Shown here piece after piece: positions 37,252 through 49,560 of a DNA stretch of 64,000 bases (position 1 is the first letter of the stretch; every line of letters begins with the position of its first letter). The notes beneath the pieces are model-generated. The model made no database searches and was not told where the DNA came from. It saw only the letters and a program-made list of their open reading frames with translations. Made by a program: the position numbers and the translations under genes. The stretch is from Vairimorpha necatrix (lineage: Eukaryota): positions 1,116,001-1,180,000 of the forward strand of contig CP142729.1 in NCBI GenBank assembly GCA_036630325.1, written 5' to 3'.

Positions 37252-38574
37252 TAATTATAAAATATTTTAAGAAAACCAAAATAAAATTATTGTTTTATAC
37301 GCACATATCAGGCTTAAATAAAAAAAATTTATTGTGTCATTTTTAATCATTAAATAAGATTTATTTAAATAAATTTAAATTTAGCATAAAAAAATATTTA
37401 AGAAAAAAAAATCCATATTCACAAAAAATAGAATACTAAAGATGCAGCATATGAATAATATGGCATTTCTTAAATTCAAAATCACATGGATTAAAAATGA
37501 ACATGAACTTGTTTTGTAAATATTCTAAAATAAAAATGCTTTAATGCATCATGATACAGATTTTAAGACAAGAACTTTTTTGAACTCCTTAAGTGAAGGT
37601 TATAAAATTTCACAGCAAAATGTTTTTTGAAAAAGAAACAATCATAGAATACTTAAAGGCTTTAACTTATAAAGAAATATGTCAAATGAAACTATTTGTA
37701 ATATGAACTTTGTAATTTCACTTTCAAAAGACATATGCTATTGTTTTACAATTAGAGGCATAAAGGAAGAAATATTAAAAATGATCATCTTTAGTGAGTC
37801 ACAATCCACATAATAATATAACTTATAGTGATGAATTGCTGTGCACTTAAAAGGTCGACCATATAGTTATATAATGTGTGAATCTTATAAACACGGATGT
37901 ATTTCTTCTTATAACTATATTTAAAAGAATATAAACATTTTTTGCTAAAAATAAAGAGAAAAGAAGAATTATTCAAAAGGTAAGATCGAAATATTGCACT
38001 TATTATCACAAGAATATGATGTGCCAAGAACAACGTGTTTGATGGGGGACATGTGTAGCAATATAAAATAACTTGTTAAGAAAATTGTGCTTAAGATAAC
38101 AGCCATGCAATGGCAAGCTAATTGGGGGAATGTGTAATGAAAGAAACTACAATAAGAATAGTATTACCTTGTATCGCCCCTTAGTCCTGTTGCGACTTTG
38201 AAAATATCTATGAAGTTGAAAACATAATATTGAGGATACTAATAATTTAGGCCCGTACAATATATAGTAGAAAATCATTTATGATATTTAATTAAAAAAT
38301 AAAGGAACAGCGGAAGTCTATGTTAAAATATTTGTTGTGGATCGACGATTCAAAGATAATTTTGGTAACAAAATTCCCCTTCACTTAAAATTATCTTTTA
38401 CAGTATTCCATTATGAATTGTAATTTGAAATATAATATTCAAAAATATTATACTCTGCGGGGAGGTATCAAAAAAATAAAATTTTTGCTAGTTAAATGTT
38501 TTTTAGTTGCTTTACACTTGTGTGTTTGAATTAAATCCCATAACATTACTGTTTCACAAAATTTTTACCCCTAA

Positions 38575-39378
38575 ATGCTTAACAGACTAAGAAAGAAAAA
38601 AGAATATTTACTAAAGAAAGAAAATGAATCAAGACAAAAAGAAATAGAAAATAAAAAATCAAGACTGAAATCACATCTCAATGATACAGAAAGGCTTAGT
38701 CATGATCTGAAAAAGGATGGTAAAGATTTACTTGACGAAATTATTTACGAAAACGACGAAGAAGAGACAATTCCATACCCTAAAATTTTAGTCACTACAA
38801 GTAAAAATCCAAGCAGCAAATTGCTCGAATTTACAAAACACATTTCATTGATTTTCAATGGAATCTTTCAAATGAGGGGTCAAAGTACCAAGGAAGAAAT
38901 AAGTGATATGATGTTTAAATCTGGGTTTACTTCTTTAATAATGATTCATGAAAACAAAGGTACACCTTCGTCATTAATTATATCTAATTTCCCATATGGA
39001 AATACATTTAAATTTAGTATAAGTAATTACACTATATGCCGAACTATAAACTTGGGGGAATATTGTCATTTGGTGTGCGATAAACTAAATGAAAATTTAA
39101 AAGATTTATTTTCAAAAATGCTTCCGCGTTATCCAACTAGTAGAAGAATATTGGCTTTGAGTAATGTTAATGATAAAATAGGATTTAGACATTATCTTAT
39201 AAACAAAGGGAAAAGAGTGGAATTGAAATTAGATTTGGGATGTGACCTTAGACTATACGAAATACGGAAAGGAACATTTGAACAAGATGGAGAATTTGAA
39301 TGGATTTATAAACCATTTATTAATTCGGAGAAAAGTAATATTTATAATAAAACTGAAATAGAAACAGAAGAAAATTGA
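38575..39378 (+). CDS. IMP4: U3 snoRNP protein Imp4 (Brix domain)
   Basis: RKKKEYL N-terminus, PKILVTTSKNPSSKLLEF, IHENKGTPSSLIISNFPYG, FRHY, LRLYEIRKGT, EWIYKPFIN. Confidence 0.92.
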   Translation: MLNRLRKKKEYLLKKENESRQKEIENKKSRLKSHLNDTERLSHDLKKDGKDLLDEIIYENDEEETIPYPKILVTTSKNPSSKLLEFTKHISLIFNGIFQMRGQSTKEEISDMMFKSGFTSLIMIHENKGTPSSLIISNFPYGNTFKFSISNYTICRTINLGEYCHLVCDKLNENLKDLFSKMLPRYPTSRRILALSNVNDKIGFRHYLINKGKRVELKLDLGCDLRLYEIRKGTFEQDGEFEWIYKPFINSEKSNIYNKTEIETEEN

Positions 39379-39771
39379 AATATTATCAAGTGATAAAAAA
39401 CAAATTAATAACTAAAAATAAGAGAGATTTGGAAAAGACTAGATTATAGAAAAGAATAAAAGTCTAATGGAGCAAAAAAATTACTTAATCTTAAAAAATA
39501 TAAAAGCAATACGAATCTGTCAATACCAAAAAATCAAAATATTATTTTATAAACAAAATATTATTGCGGAGTGGTAGAAACTTTTGACCATATATGGACA
39601 AAATAAAGGATCTTTACATAATATCCAGCAAAGTATGCATTTCAACAATAATAATCAAATATTGGTAAAATTACATTTTTATACAAATAAACTACATTTT
39701 ATGTTTTTTTCAGATATAATTTTGTTTATAAACAAACAAATTTAATAAATAATAATAGACAATATAAACAA

Positions 39772-40962
39772 ATGAATAAGCTTTTAAAATATTTTGTATA
39801 TTCTTGCCTGACCATTCATTTTTCTATAGTCTCATATGAACTCGTTCGTATATTTTTCACATCTATACCTAAGTATCTTCTACCTTATGATTTATCATAT
39901 AATAAGCTACAATACATTAAATTTGTCATTTGTAAAATGCTAAAACTATTGTCGTTTTATTTGATTATGTTTATTGTAAACTTAAAATCTAAAGATGAAC
40001 ACGTTAAAGATCCAAATATATCTGAAGATTCAGTTATATTAGATTTGCAAAATCTTAATGAAAGTGTACAGTCATCATATAATGATAGATGGGAAAGAAC
40101 ATCACGATTTATCAAATCTAATAGAGCTTTATTATCAGTATATTTGTATTTAATATCTATTGATCTTGATACATTCAATCCCATTTTATATGTAATAGCT
40201 CCTTATCTCATGTATAAAATTCTATATAAATTATATAGTAGACACAAATATACTAAAATATTTTTTTGGTCTGCTATTTCTACTATCGCAGCTGCTTTAT
40301 ACAAGTTTTTAGCTCATAAAAAAAGTAAATCACAAATTATTGAAAATGATAAGTTGCCGAAAGAAATAATGCGATACTTGATAAAAAATGGTTATGAAGT
40401 TGTTACATTCAATATAGAATCTGATGTTTACAATGTAGGAGTTATCGAGGCTATGAATAATGTATCTATATTTATATTTGGTAATATATGGGAAATATTT
40501 ACAGATGACGAATTTACAAGCGTGTTGTATCATGAAATAGGTCATGTAGTAAACAAAAGTTTATTGAGCAGGATGTTAATTTCCAAAGCTTTAGATATAT
40601 TTATGTATGTAATCGAATTCTTTATGATTTATAAGAATAGAAGTTTATTAAAGCAAGATAATACATCTAATACAGACGAGGATAGAGATATAGAAATTAA
40701 GAATATTATATGTTTGTATGTAATTCTTTGCATTTCGATTAGTCCATTTATAAATATGATTAATAATATTTATTCATTTATTGATGAAAGTGAGGCAGAC
40801 CTATTTAGTGTGAAAAACTTTGATAGAAAACATCTTATAAGCGCTCTTATAAAATTTACAGTGGAAAATAAGGCGAATTTTGATTCGTCTTTATTATTTA
40901 ATTTCATGTACTTTACGCATCCTTGTTTAAAAAGACGTGTTGAGCTTATTAATGAAATGTAA
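39772..40962 (+). CDS. Peptidase family M48 (STE24/CAAX protease-like) membrane zinc metalloprotease
   Basis: Several TM segments, HEIGH zinc motif, ESEAD, and THPCLKRRV. Confidence 0.88.
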   Translation: MNKLLKYFVYSCLTIHFSIVSYELVRIFFTSIPKYLLPYDLSYNKLQYIKFVICKMLKLLSFYLIMFIVNLKSKDEHVKDPNISEDSVILDLQNLNESVQSSYNDRWERTSRFIKSNRALLSVYLYLISIDLDTFNPILYVIAPYLMYKILYKLYSRHKYTKIFFWSAISTIAAALYKFLAHKKSKSQIIENDKLPKEIMRYLIKNGYEVVTFNIESDVYNVGVIEAMNNVSIFIFGNIWEIFTDDEFTSVLYHEIGHVVNKSLLSRMLISKALDIFMYVIEFFMIYKNRSLLKQDNTSNTDEDRDIEIKNIICLYVILCISISPFINMINNIYSFIDESEADLFSVKNFDRKHLISALIKFTVENKANFDSSLLFNFMYFTHPCLKRRVELINEM

Positions 40963-41598
40963 AAAATATCAAATTAAAAAATAAATGAACTTCATAAATA
41001 AAATTAAAATTTTGTATAGTAAATTAAGGAAGCTCTATGAAAGTCTAAGAAAACATCCATTGAATTTGTTAAAAATATTTTTTCTTATATTCAAATATTT
41101 AAAATAAAGAATGATGATTTAGTTAGAATATTGAGAAATAATCTAATTTAGACGCATCGTGTTACATTAATTTTTAATCAAATTAAGTAAAAATTTTCAA
41201 TTCCGTTTTTTTAAGAAAAAATATTGAAATACTTCTTACGTTTAATTTTCTGAGGTCTCAAATTTTTTATAATTTGATATTTTATAATTTCTTAAGTTTT
41301 TTTTCATTGCTTATATATTATAATTAAAGAATAATTTTTATTGTCAATCTATAATTTGCACTATTTTAAACATAAAACTGTAGAAATTACGTAATTGTTT
41401 CGGTACACGTTTTTTTATTTCATGTATTTTTTATTTAGCTAAAAAAATTCAGATGTTTATTATACTATAGTTATTCATGTATTTGCGATTTAATTTGGCA
41501 TGTATTGTCATCTATTTCGTAACACGTTAAGAATGCTTATTGTAGTAAAAAAAGAGTTTTAACAGATTTTTTATTGATATGAATAATAAATTTATTTA

Positions 41599-42174
41599 TT
41601 ATTTTTTATAGAGCGTATCATGGCATTCAAGACAACTTCCATAATACTTTTCTGATTCGCCATCATTTACCGTGTCTATTAGTTGTGTTTTTTGATTTAA
41701 ATCGGCTCTAATATTGGTTTCGGCAGGTTTACTACAATAATGGCACTTCGATTGAATTCTTATTGTAGAGTGTAGCTTATCATTAAGATATTTTATTGTA
41801 TCCCATGTATTGTTATCATGAGTTTCTGAAATTCCGCAAACATATATCTTCACTCCATACTCTTGGTTTATTTTAGTCAGTTGGTCAATATGTTTTCTTG
41901 TAAAAAACTGAATTTCATCACAAAATACTGCTTTTATCTTGTTTTTATGTTCGAGTTTTTTAAATTTCTCAAACAAATTCATATCTTCAGTTACTATCTC
42001 ATCTGGATTTACTTCTTCAGTAAAACGAGCTCTCGATTGGATTTTAAATTCTCCATTGTGATTTGGAAAATCTCTTTGCAATATCCAACGGGCATCTGGG
42101 TCTACTAAGGATATTATCTCTAACAAAAGCATAGTTTTCCCAGATAACACACTACCAGTGATAAACTTCAACAT
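41599..42174 (-). CDS. Thymidine kinase (TK1-like)
   Basis: P-loop GSVLSGKT, SR motif, DEIQFF, and lasso zinc cysteines CHYC / CLEC. CCCC precedes the ATG. Confidence 0.92.
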   Translation of the reverse strand: MLKFITGSVLSGKTMLLLEIISLVDPDARWILQRDFPNHNGEFKIQSRARFTEEVNPDEIVTEDMNLFEKFKKLEHKNKIKAVFCDEIQFFTRKHIDQLTKINQEYGVKIYVCGISETHDNNTWDTIKYLNDKLHSTIRIQSKCHYCSKPAETNIRADLNQKTQLIDTVNDGESEKYYGSCLECHDTLYKK

Positions 42175-43954
42175 GGGGTAATCTAATATAAAATATTTAT
42201 AGTACCGAAAAAAATTGCAAATTACAAAATCATGTATAAACTCTAATTATTGACTATAATATTTCATATTAATTTCCCTCCAAAAATTGAAAAAATTTGA
42301 CGTTTGTTTTTTTTGTAAAAATACTTATAATATTTCAATTTTATAAATAATCGTATATTTAAATAGTCCTATTATATTGCCTTTGTAAAAAATAAGAAAA
42401 TGACATGTAAAATATAAGATTATTTTGATGAAACATCAAGACGATTATTGTTTAAGGCATTATTCGTAACAAGAAAAAATTGATGCTGAGAATGTAAATG
42501 TTATTTGAATCCATCTTTATTGTTATTAATTAGTATTGTCTGCTATTATATAATGAGAATTTGCACTGTTGACAATATTTTAGCAAAATTTGATTTATAG
42601 TCTTAAAAGATTTATAATCAGTACATATTTTTATTTACTTGCGTTGATGATTCTAGTCATTTTAAATAAACATTTGAATGCAGAATTTTTAGTAATAATT
42701 CACAAATTAAAATTAAGTAAGTAAAAATATTCACAAATAGATTACATAGCTAGAAAAGCACAAACCGACGAAAAGAGAAATTTAATATAGGCAAATATAT
42801 AGCTATAAATCATCGTCATAACGAAATTTAATATTGAAAAAATTAGTTTAATTTTAAATATTTATTACCCTTTTTTTGTCGGCATAAAAAATTTTATTTC
42901 ACTTGTTGCGACGAAAAAAAGAATTAATGCATATTGCTCATACTTTCTGATTATTAAATGTTTTGAGAGTTTGTGGTCTTTTTTTTGTATTTTTGTTATG
43001 TTTTTTTTAGATATGATCATCTGTCGCTGATAAAAATTTTAATTACAAAAATTTATATATTGAGTCATGTAACTCAACTTTCTCAAAATTGCTTCATTCA
43101 ATTGTAAAAGAATTATTTGAGTTTATCAAAAATGGAGAACTTGAATATGGCTTGTCAATATAATGGGTATAAGCAAAACATTGTAAAATATGTTTATATA
43201 ATTAGAAAATACAATATACATGCATAAAACAACATTGATTGCTAAAAAAGATCTAATATGCACGTCGTAAAAAATAATTAAATCTATGTTCAATAATTCT
43301 GCTTTACTACATATAGGCAATTTTATGCTAAAAAAATTGTTAATCATATTTAAAAATACTATTCGAAAAGAATTAGATAAATGCAATACAATATAATATT
43401 CGAATGAAAAAAAAGTAAAAGAATTTTTTATGTTTTTGTATAGAACGCTTTAATCGTAGTTGTTAAAATAAAAAGTATTTTAACACTGTTTAAATTTTTT
43501 CTTTCACTTAAGTAATCATTAATCTAAATTTTATAAGTTTTTATGAGAAAATGTATATGTGCAATATGATTTTGTCTTAGTAATTATAAGCACTGGGCAA
43601 TTTTTTGCAGATTTTCGTTACTATTAAATAATGTAGTTTTAAATTTGATATCGTATTTATTAACATGCTAAAATCAAAAGCAATTTCTAAATTTGTTTAA
43701 TTGTTTTAATTTACAATTAATGCATTATTTATGCACATAATTACTTTTGGAAAAAATTATTGACTATTTAAAATATGCAACATCAAAAATTTTACATGAT
43801 CTTATATTAAACAATAAATCAATATTATACATTAACAAAATAATTCAGAATAAAATCAAAATAAATTCACATACAGATAACATTAAAACAAATTATAAAA
43901 CATTTTTTTTTTGCAACATGATAATCTATTAATAAAATGATATTTTGTTTATAT

Positions 43955-45660
43955 ATGAAAAAAAAACATCAGGAATGTAAGAAATTTTGTAGTGGAAATG
44001 GTACAAAAAGATAAAAGCGGCAATTCTGGACATCCACATAGATTTAAACCTTTTCTATGTTACTTTATACATATTATCTGAGCAAAATCCTCTAAATACT
44101 ATCTGGATCGGCCGCAATATATTTATATTATTAAATAAACATTTGAGTGGTTTGCAATATGTAATGAATTACCTGCTAGGTTATTATAATACTAAAAAAA
44201 TATTAGCCAAGCAAATAGGTAAACGGTTGACATCCAAAACAGAAATCTTGCGACATAAAAACTATGACAGGTTAATTGGGACAAGGGGCCGAAAATTTGT
44301 AGGATTTTACATATCCTTAAAAAACTTCGAATGATAATGAGTATTATTTCCAGGGAGATGGCTGTTTTATTGAAGATATTTCTCAAAAATCGGGGGAGGG
44401 TTGGCTTTATATTTACTTTAAAAACATCACTTTTATTTAAAATTAATTAAATTAACATTGACGGTTAAAATCTTAATCTTTTAGCAAGAATCTCGTTTTA
44501 GAATTCGAAAGTCTAAATTACAAAATCTGGAAGTTGACGGAAAAAAACATTGAGAAATAAAAAAAGCTTTAAATGTAAAAACTGAAAAAAAATTATAATG
44601 ATGATTTTATGTACGTAAATATGCAATTATAGTATTCTTGGAGGAAAGGGCGAAAGTACACGTTAGTCCAATAAGTGAAATAGGAGTGCAACCTTTAAAA
44701 CAAAACTATGAAATACCTCTAGATGATTTTTATGTTTCAGATAAACTTTTAAAGAATGGCTAGACATTTACAAGTTAAAAGTAAAAAATTAAAATTAATG
44801 TAAATAATTTTAAACAAGAGAAGTTTATTGTTGATGACTTATTTGACAATAGGATATTAGCTACTCGTAAAACATTTTCAATATAATTGAAAATTTTTTT
44901 ATGTATATCAAAATTTATTTGTGGTAGGGCTGATTTGGTCGTGTGTGTTATTAAAGATTTTAAGATGCCTAGATTTTTTTTGCTAAAGAAGAACAGGCGA
45001 TTATATTAATTTTGGTAAGAGAACGTCGATGTTGGTATTATGAATAGTATATCAGGATGTGCATATTACATACCGATTTCAAACACATTTTTAACTTTTT
45101 ATTTATAGAACTCCTTCAGTAAGGTTTGCATCATTGGACAAATTGAAAAAAATGTATATTTCTACACATGATTCAAGCGGACTTGCGAAGATGGACCGAC
45201 ATATCAATAATAGAAGTATTTGTTGCAAGAGCTACTCCAAGAAATATCGCCATGCTCGAATGTTATATAAAAAATAAAATTTTTTATCTTTCTGTTAAAA
45301 ACTTAATAATCCGAAAGCAGTGATTTTAAGTTGTCAGAAACTTCCATTAATTGTTTATTCTTGTAAGGATAAATGCCAACATGGAGCACATTATCTTATA
45401 AAACATGATTTTCCTGGTTTCATTTTATGTGAACTGAATCAGAAATAAAATCTGCATAAAAATAGTGTATGAGTTCAAGGATTTGAATACGTCAGTAATT
45501 TTTTTTCTTTTAGTTTATATTTAAATGCGACACACAGAATATAAAAAAGCATTTTAATCGAGGAAATACGAAAGATTAGTATTGAATCTTTGATGTTATA
45601 CTTATAGGGATTATCAAATTGGTCTATATAGGTTAGGATGAAGTTGGTTTCTGAGGCATT
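43955..45660 (+). pseudogene. TKL1: Decayed transketolase pseudogene
   Basis: Collinear motifs across broken frames: VEMVQK...SGHP, WIGRNIFILLNKH...LQYVMNYLLGY, GDGCFIEDIS, KVH.SP, LATRK, ICGRADL, YINFG.RE...GIMN, TFLTF, THDS.GL.EDGPTYQ, PKAVILSCQKLP. Many stops and frameshifts; the 3' end is approximate. Confidence 0.9.
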
Positions 45661-45830
45661 ACCCGGGAGTTGGCCATTCCTCGGATAACATTCTATGATG
45701 CTTCTCCCGGCGCCAGAGTCTTGTTATAACTAACGAGGATTTATTTAAATTGTCTACTTATGCATCAGTTTCCCTCCTCTGAAGATATAGCGAATGATAC
45801 TGAAGTTTGGTAGACTCCATGCATTTTCGT
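45650..45830 (-). repeat. Internal fragment of the dispersed putative SINE family
   Basis: catggagtctaccaaac and ttagttataacaagactctggcgccgggagaagcatcatag resemble copy 2 catggaattcacaaac and ctagttaaagaccatggccggagcatcataag, in the same order. Confidence 0.45.
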
Positions 45831-45971
45831 GTATAAAATAAAAGAAAATATTAAAGAAAAATAACCTCACGAAAATTCATTTGAATGGGAAATAAAATAA
45901 TATTACAGTTCAAAATAGTTAGGTATTGAGTAGATCAACACGTTTTTATAAAAAGGATTTTGTAAATATTT

Positions 45972-47192
45972 TTAATTTTTTTTACTGCGCTTAACATCAT
46001 TTTTATCGTCATATTTTTCAGAATTTTTAATCAAGAACTTTGACTTCACAGTGACAGATTTTTTTGGTTTACTTCTATTTTCTAAATTTTTAATTCTGTT
46101 CATTAATTTGTTCTTTGAATCGAGACCAAATGATCCTGATTGGTTATTCGGCGAGGCATCTAATTTGGCACATAATGAAATTTTAGCAGCGAGTGAACGA
46201 GCAACTTTTCCTTTGTATTCTGGTGCTACTTGACCAAGTATAGAAGATTCAAAAATTAAGCCATATTTAGGTGTGTTTGATTTATTTCTTAAAGATTGAA
46301 ATAAACTCTTTTCAGCTCCTAAGAGTTGCACAGTGGAAGAAGGATATTTAGCTAAAGTATCCAAAGATCCAGCTTTACTTAACAATCTTGCGCCCATAAA
46401 TTCTCCTATTAGATTAGTTAAATTTGGAGCAACTACTACCATTTTCTCTTTAATGTAATTTGATAAATTTGTACGATATTCAAAATTTTTTATTACACTT
46501 GCGCAATCATTTATAATGTTAATTAAATCTTCATCTGATAAATCTGTACCCATTGAATTTTTTGCTAATTTAAAAATTTTTTCGGCCTGTTCACCTGTTA
46601 CATTTTTTAATTTTTCAAGTGTACAAGTGTTTCTGTTTTTAATTTCCGAAACTACCTTGAGATATTGATAATTATCATCTATTATTAATGATAATTCGGG
46701 AAAATGAGATCCATACCATTCCCTTAGTCTCATACAATGAAGATTTATATCTTTATCAATATCTATTAAAAGATTTATAGATTGGATTATCATTGCATCA
46801 AGCTTATCAGTATTGTAAGATATTTTATCCAATGCTAATTTGTGTGATAAGAAAAGTGTTTTAATTTTATTTTCATCGTCAACAAATTTATCAAGTTCGT
46901 TTTTAATTTGTTTAAAATCTCCTTCTTTATCAAATTGTACAGAAATTCCGCATTTCTCACTTAAAAGTGATTGTAATTTGTTGTCTCGGACACATAAAAC
47001 TTCATCCAACTTTGCAAATTCAGAACTTATAAAAATTTCCAAATTTTTTGGTAATTTATTTTTATTTAGTAAAGTATATGTTTCAAGCAGTTCATCATTA
47101 TTTTTAAAGTCGTATGAATTAATTTTCTTAACTTTTGAGTCCTGCTTTTTAAATAGTGTGAAACCAGTTGCATTTTCAAATAGATAAATCAT
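45972..47192 (-). CDS. NOP58: Box C/D snoRNP protein Nop58
   Basis: LFENATG, MRLREWYGSHFPEL, SMGTD, APNLT, PSSTVQLLGAEKSLF, TPKYGLIF. GKVARSLAAK is the Nop58-type rather than Nop56-type signature. Confidence 0.9.
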   Translation of the reverse strand: MIYLFENATGFTLFKKQDSKVKKINSYDFKNNDELLETYTLLNKNKLPKNLEIFISSEFAKLDEVLCVRDNKLQSLLSEKCGISVQFDKEGDFKQIKNELDKFVDDENKIKTLFLSHKLALDKISYNTDKLDAMIIQSINLLIDIDKDINLHCMRLREWYGSHFPELSLIIDDNYQYLKVVSEIKNRNTCTLEKLKNVTGEQAEKIFKLAKNSMGTDLSDEDLINIINDCASVIKNFEYRTNLSNYIKEKMVVVAPNLTNLIGEFMGARLLSKAGSLDTLAKYPSSTVQLLGAEKSLFQSLRNKSNTPKYGLIFESSILGQVAPEYKGKVARSLAAKISLCAKLDASPNNQSGSFGLDSKNKLMNRIKNLENRSKPKKSVTVKSKFLIKNSEKYDDKNDVKRSKKN

Positions 47193-47335
47193 TTTAACGG
47201 TAAAAAAATAAAATTTATTAAAAACGGATTTATCTTTAACGGTAAAAAAATTATTTTTTTAAACTAAAGTTAGATTTTGCGTTTTTAAAAAAGAATTTAT
47301 TTGCTTACGTACAGTTGGTAATAAAAAAGTTTTTA

Positions 47336-48139
47336 TTAAAAATTCATACACCCATTAGATTCTGCTATATCTTCAGGAGGTATATCAATTTTTTCTATAA
47401 TAATTCTATTTTTTGAAAATTTAATTCCATATTTAAATGTGTCAATTTGATTTTCGCGAATTTTATTAACCAATGATATTTTTTCAAAATGAAGAATGGC
47501 TTTATAATTTGGTAAATAACCAGTAAAAATATTTGAATCTAAAGATAAAACGACATCAAAAAATTGATTAAAATTAATATTGGGATAAAAAAATGTGGGA
47601 ATCGATACCATACAAATATGATTATTTTCTCTAATAAATTTTCTGATTTCATAAAGATTTTTTTCAATATTTTCGCAATCATAGGATGGCGAAAAAAGTG
47701 AATATAACGATATTCTAAAATTTTTCGTATTTTTTAATTTTGAAATTATATTTGAAAGTGTAGTATCTTTTTTTAACAGACGTTCGTGCTTGGCTTCTAG
47801 ATAATTTGTCAATGAATATTCGCATTCTTCATTCTTTCGACGTAAATCCTTGTATCTCCAAGCAATGTACATTTTACTTAATTGTTCTGTGCATTCCAAA
47901 TTGTCAATTCTATCATAAATTTCCGGTAAGCCATCTTTATTAACGGTTAATAGATTTTTTTCATTTTCATGTACACCTTCCGACATAAAGATGTTTAATA
48001 AGAAGTTATGCATATAAGAGTATTCATCTTCTTTTATTAAAATAAAAATGCCGTTATCGAGAGTATTTATAAAAGTGTCAAATATCGGAATTCCCGTTTT
48101 CCGTTTTTTTAAATTTTGATTTCTTATAAACGAGCTCAT
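47336..48139 (-). CDS. ELP4: Elongator subunit Elp4
   Basis: TGIPIFD N-terminus, LIKED, the MYIAWRY signature, and C-terminal IEKIDIPPE...CMNF. Confidence 0.82.
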   Translation of the reverse strand: MSSFIRNQNLKKRKTGIPIFDTFINTLDNGIFILIKEDEYSYMHNFLLNIFMSEGVHENEKNLLTVNKDGLPEIYDRIDNLECTEQLSKMYIAWRYKDLRRKNEECEYSLTNYLEAKHERLLKKDTTLSNIISKLKNTKNFRISLYSLFSPSYDCENIEKNLYEIRKFIRENNHICMVSIPTFFYPNINFNQFFDVVLSLDSNIFTGYLPNYKAILHFEKISLVNKIRENQIDTFKYGIKFSKNRIIIEKIDIPPEDIAESNGCMNF

Positions 48140-48153
48140 GAAAGGGCCAAGTA

Positions 48154-49560
48154 ATGTGTGGAATATTAATAACAGAATGTTGTGATGAAGACACTATTCA
48201 AATGGTGTTTAATAGAGGAGGAGATATACAAAAATCTATTAAATATTCAAATTTATATTTATATTCTTCAGTGTTGGCCATAAGATCTTACGTTGAACAA
48301 CCCGTAAAAACAAATGATTTCATTTTTTTGTATAACGGCGAAATTTATAACAATCTGGAAAGTGACACGATTTTTTTAAAAAATATTATCAGTGAAGTTA
48401 TAAAAGATTTGGGAATAAAGAGCTATGACAACGATTTAGCTGAAATAAAGGATCCATCTGAAACATTACAAAAAATCTATTCTAAAATTAATTTTTACCA
48501 AAACGAATTGGCTCTAGCCATTGTATTCAAAAATGTTTTATTGTTTTTTAAAGATGACGTCGGAAAGAAAAGTCTTGGTCTGTGTAAAGACAAATTTCAA
48601 TTGTCCTCTGTAAATTATGATATAGAACTTAATTCTGCTTTTTTATATTCATATGATATAAATTCTAAGGCATTATCAAGTTATAAGAAAAAACTAGTCT
48701 CGATCAAATATCTTCTCGAAACATGTGATTATGTGGCAAAATATTTGTTAGATCCGTCTTTTGTTTTCGAAACTATTCTTGGTTTTGATGAAATGACAAA
48801 AGAAACAGATATAAAAAAATTTGACATTAAATTTAAAAGTGCTTTTAAGACGAGATTAACTACTAATAATCTCGTAGTTTTTTTCAGTGGTGGAGTTGAC
48901 AGTGTATTAGTTGCTCTTTATCTTCATTTAGTTAGCAAAAAAGATCAAGAAATTTATTTAATTAATACTGGATTTGCTAACTCACACGATAGAAAAACGG
49001 GAGTTTCTGCATTTAATGAACTAAAAAGAGTTTTTCCTAATAGGATTTGGCATTTTATAAAAGTAGACTTAAACATTGAAGATATTTTCAAAATTAAACA
49101 GTCGATTTACAAATTAATTTATCCAAAAACAAGTAAAATGGATTTAAACATAGGCATTATATTGCATTTTACGTCATTGGAGGCAAAGAAATATTCTAAA
49201 GTTTGTTATCTTGGAAGTGGAGCAGATGAATTATTCTGTGGATATAATAAATATAAAAAAGAAGGCTTTAGACATAGAATGTTATTTGATACTTTAACCT
49301 TGTCCTATCATAACTTATTAAGAGATGATAGAATTATATCTAATAATAATATTGAACTGAGACTTCCTATATTAGATACTGAAATAATAAACGAATCTTT
49401 TTTGTTGGATGAAAATTTTTTATATGATGGTAAACAAAATAAAATTATGATCAGAGAACTGTTAAAACTCCATGGATTGGAATCGGTGTGTTTTGTATCA
49501 AAGAAAGCCATGCAATACGGCACAGGACTTAATAAATATGAAGATAAATTTTCTAATTAA
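48154..49560 (+). CDS. Asparagine-synthetase-domain protein (ASNSD1/YML096W-like)
   Basis: Ntn start MCGI, YNGEIY, DDVGKKSL, FSGGVDS, GSGADELFCGY, NLLRDDR, KKAMQYGT. Confidence 0.9.
   Translation: MCGILITECCDEDTIQMVFNRGGDIQKSIKYSNLYLYSSVLAIRSYVEQPVKTNDFIFLYNGEIYNNLESDTIFLKNIISEVIKDLGIKSYDNDLAEIKDPSETLQKIYSKINFYQNELALAIVFKNVLLFFKDDVGKKSLGLCKDKFQLSSVNYDIELNSAFLYSYDINSKALSSYKKKLVSIKYLLETCDYVAKYLLDPSFVFETILGFDEMTKETDIKKFDIKFKSAFKTRLTTNNLVVFFSGGVDSVLVALYLHLVSKKDQEIYLINTGFANSHDRKTGVSAFNELKRVFPNRIWHFIKVDLNIEDIFKIKQSIYKLIYPKTSKMDLNIGIILHFTSLEAKKYSKVCYLGSGADELFCGYNKYKKEGFRHRMLFDTLTLSYHNLLRDDRIISNNNIELRLPILDTEIINESFLLDENFLYDGKQNKIMIRELLKLHGLESVCFVSKKAMQYGTGLNKYEDKFSN

Noticed and set aside
37400-38400. 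Possible decayed gene between the TFB1-like gene and IMP4 (also 10700-11350 and 13430-14000)
   Set aside because: Composition is coding-like, but I could not recognise any motif series; this needs a frameshift-aware search.
47193-47250. Duplicated tttaacggtaaaaaaa upstream of NOP58 as an intron or RNA element
   Set aside because: Most simply a short local duplication of the core promoter; no splice signals.
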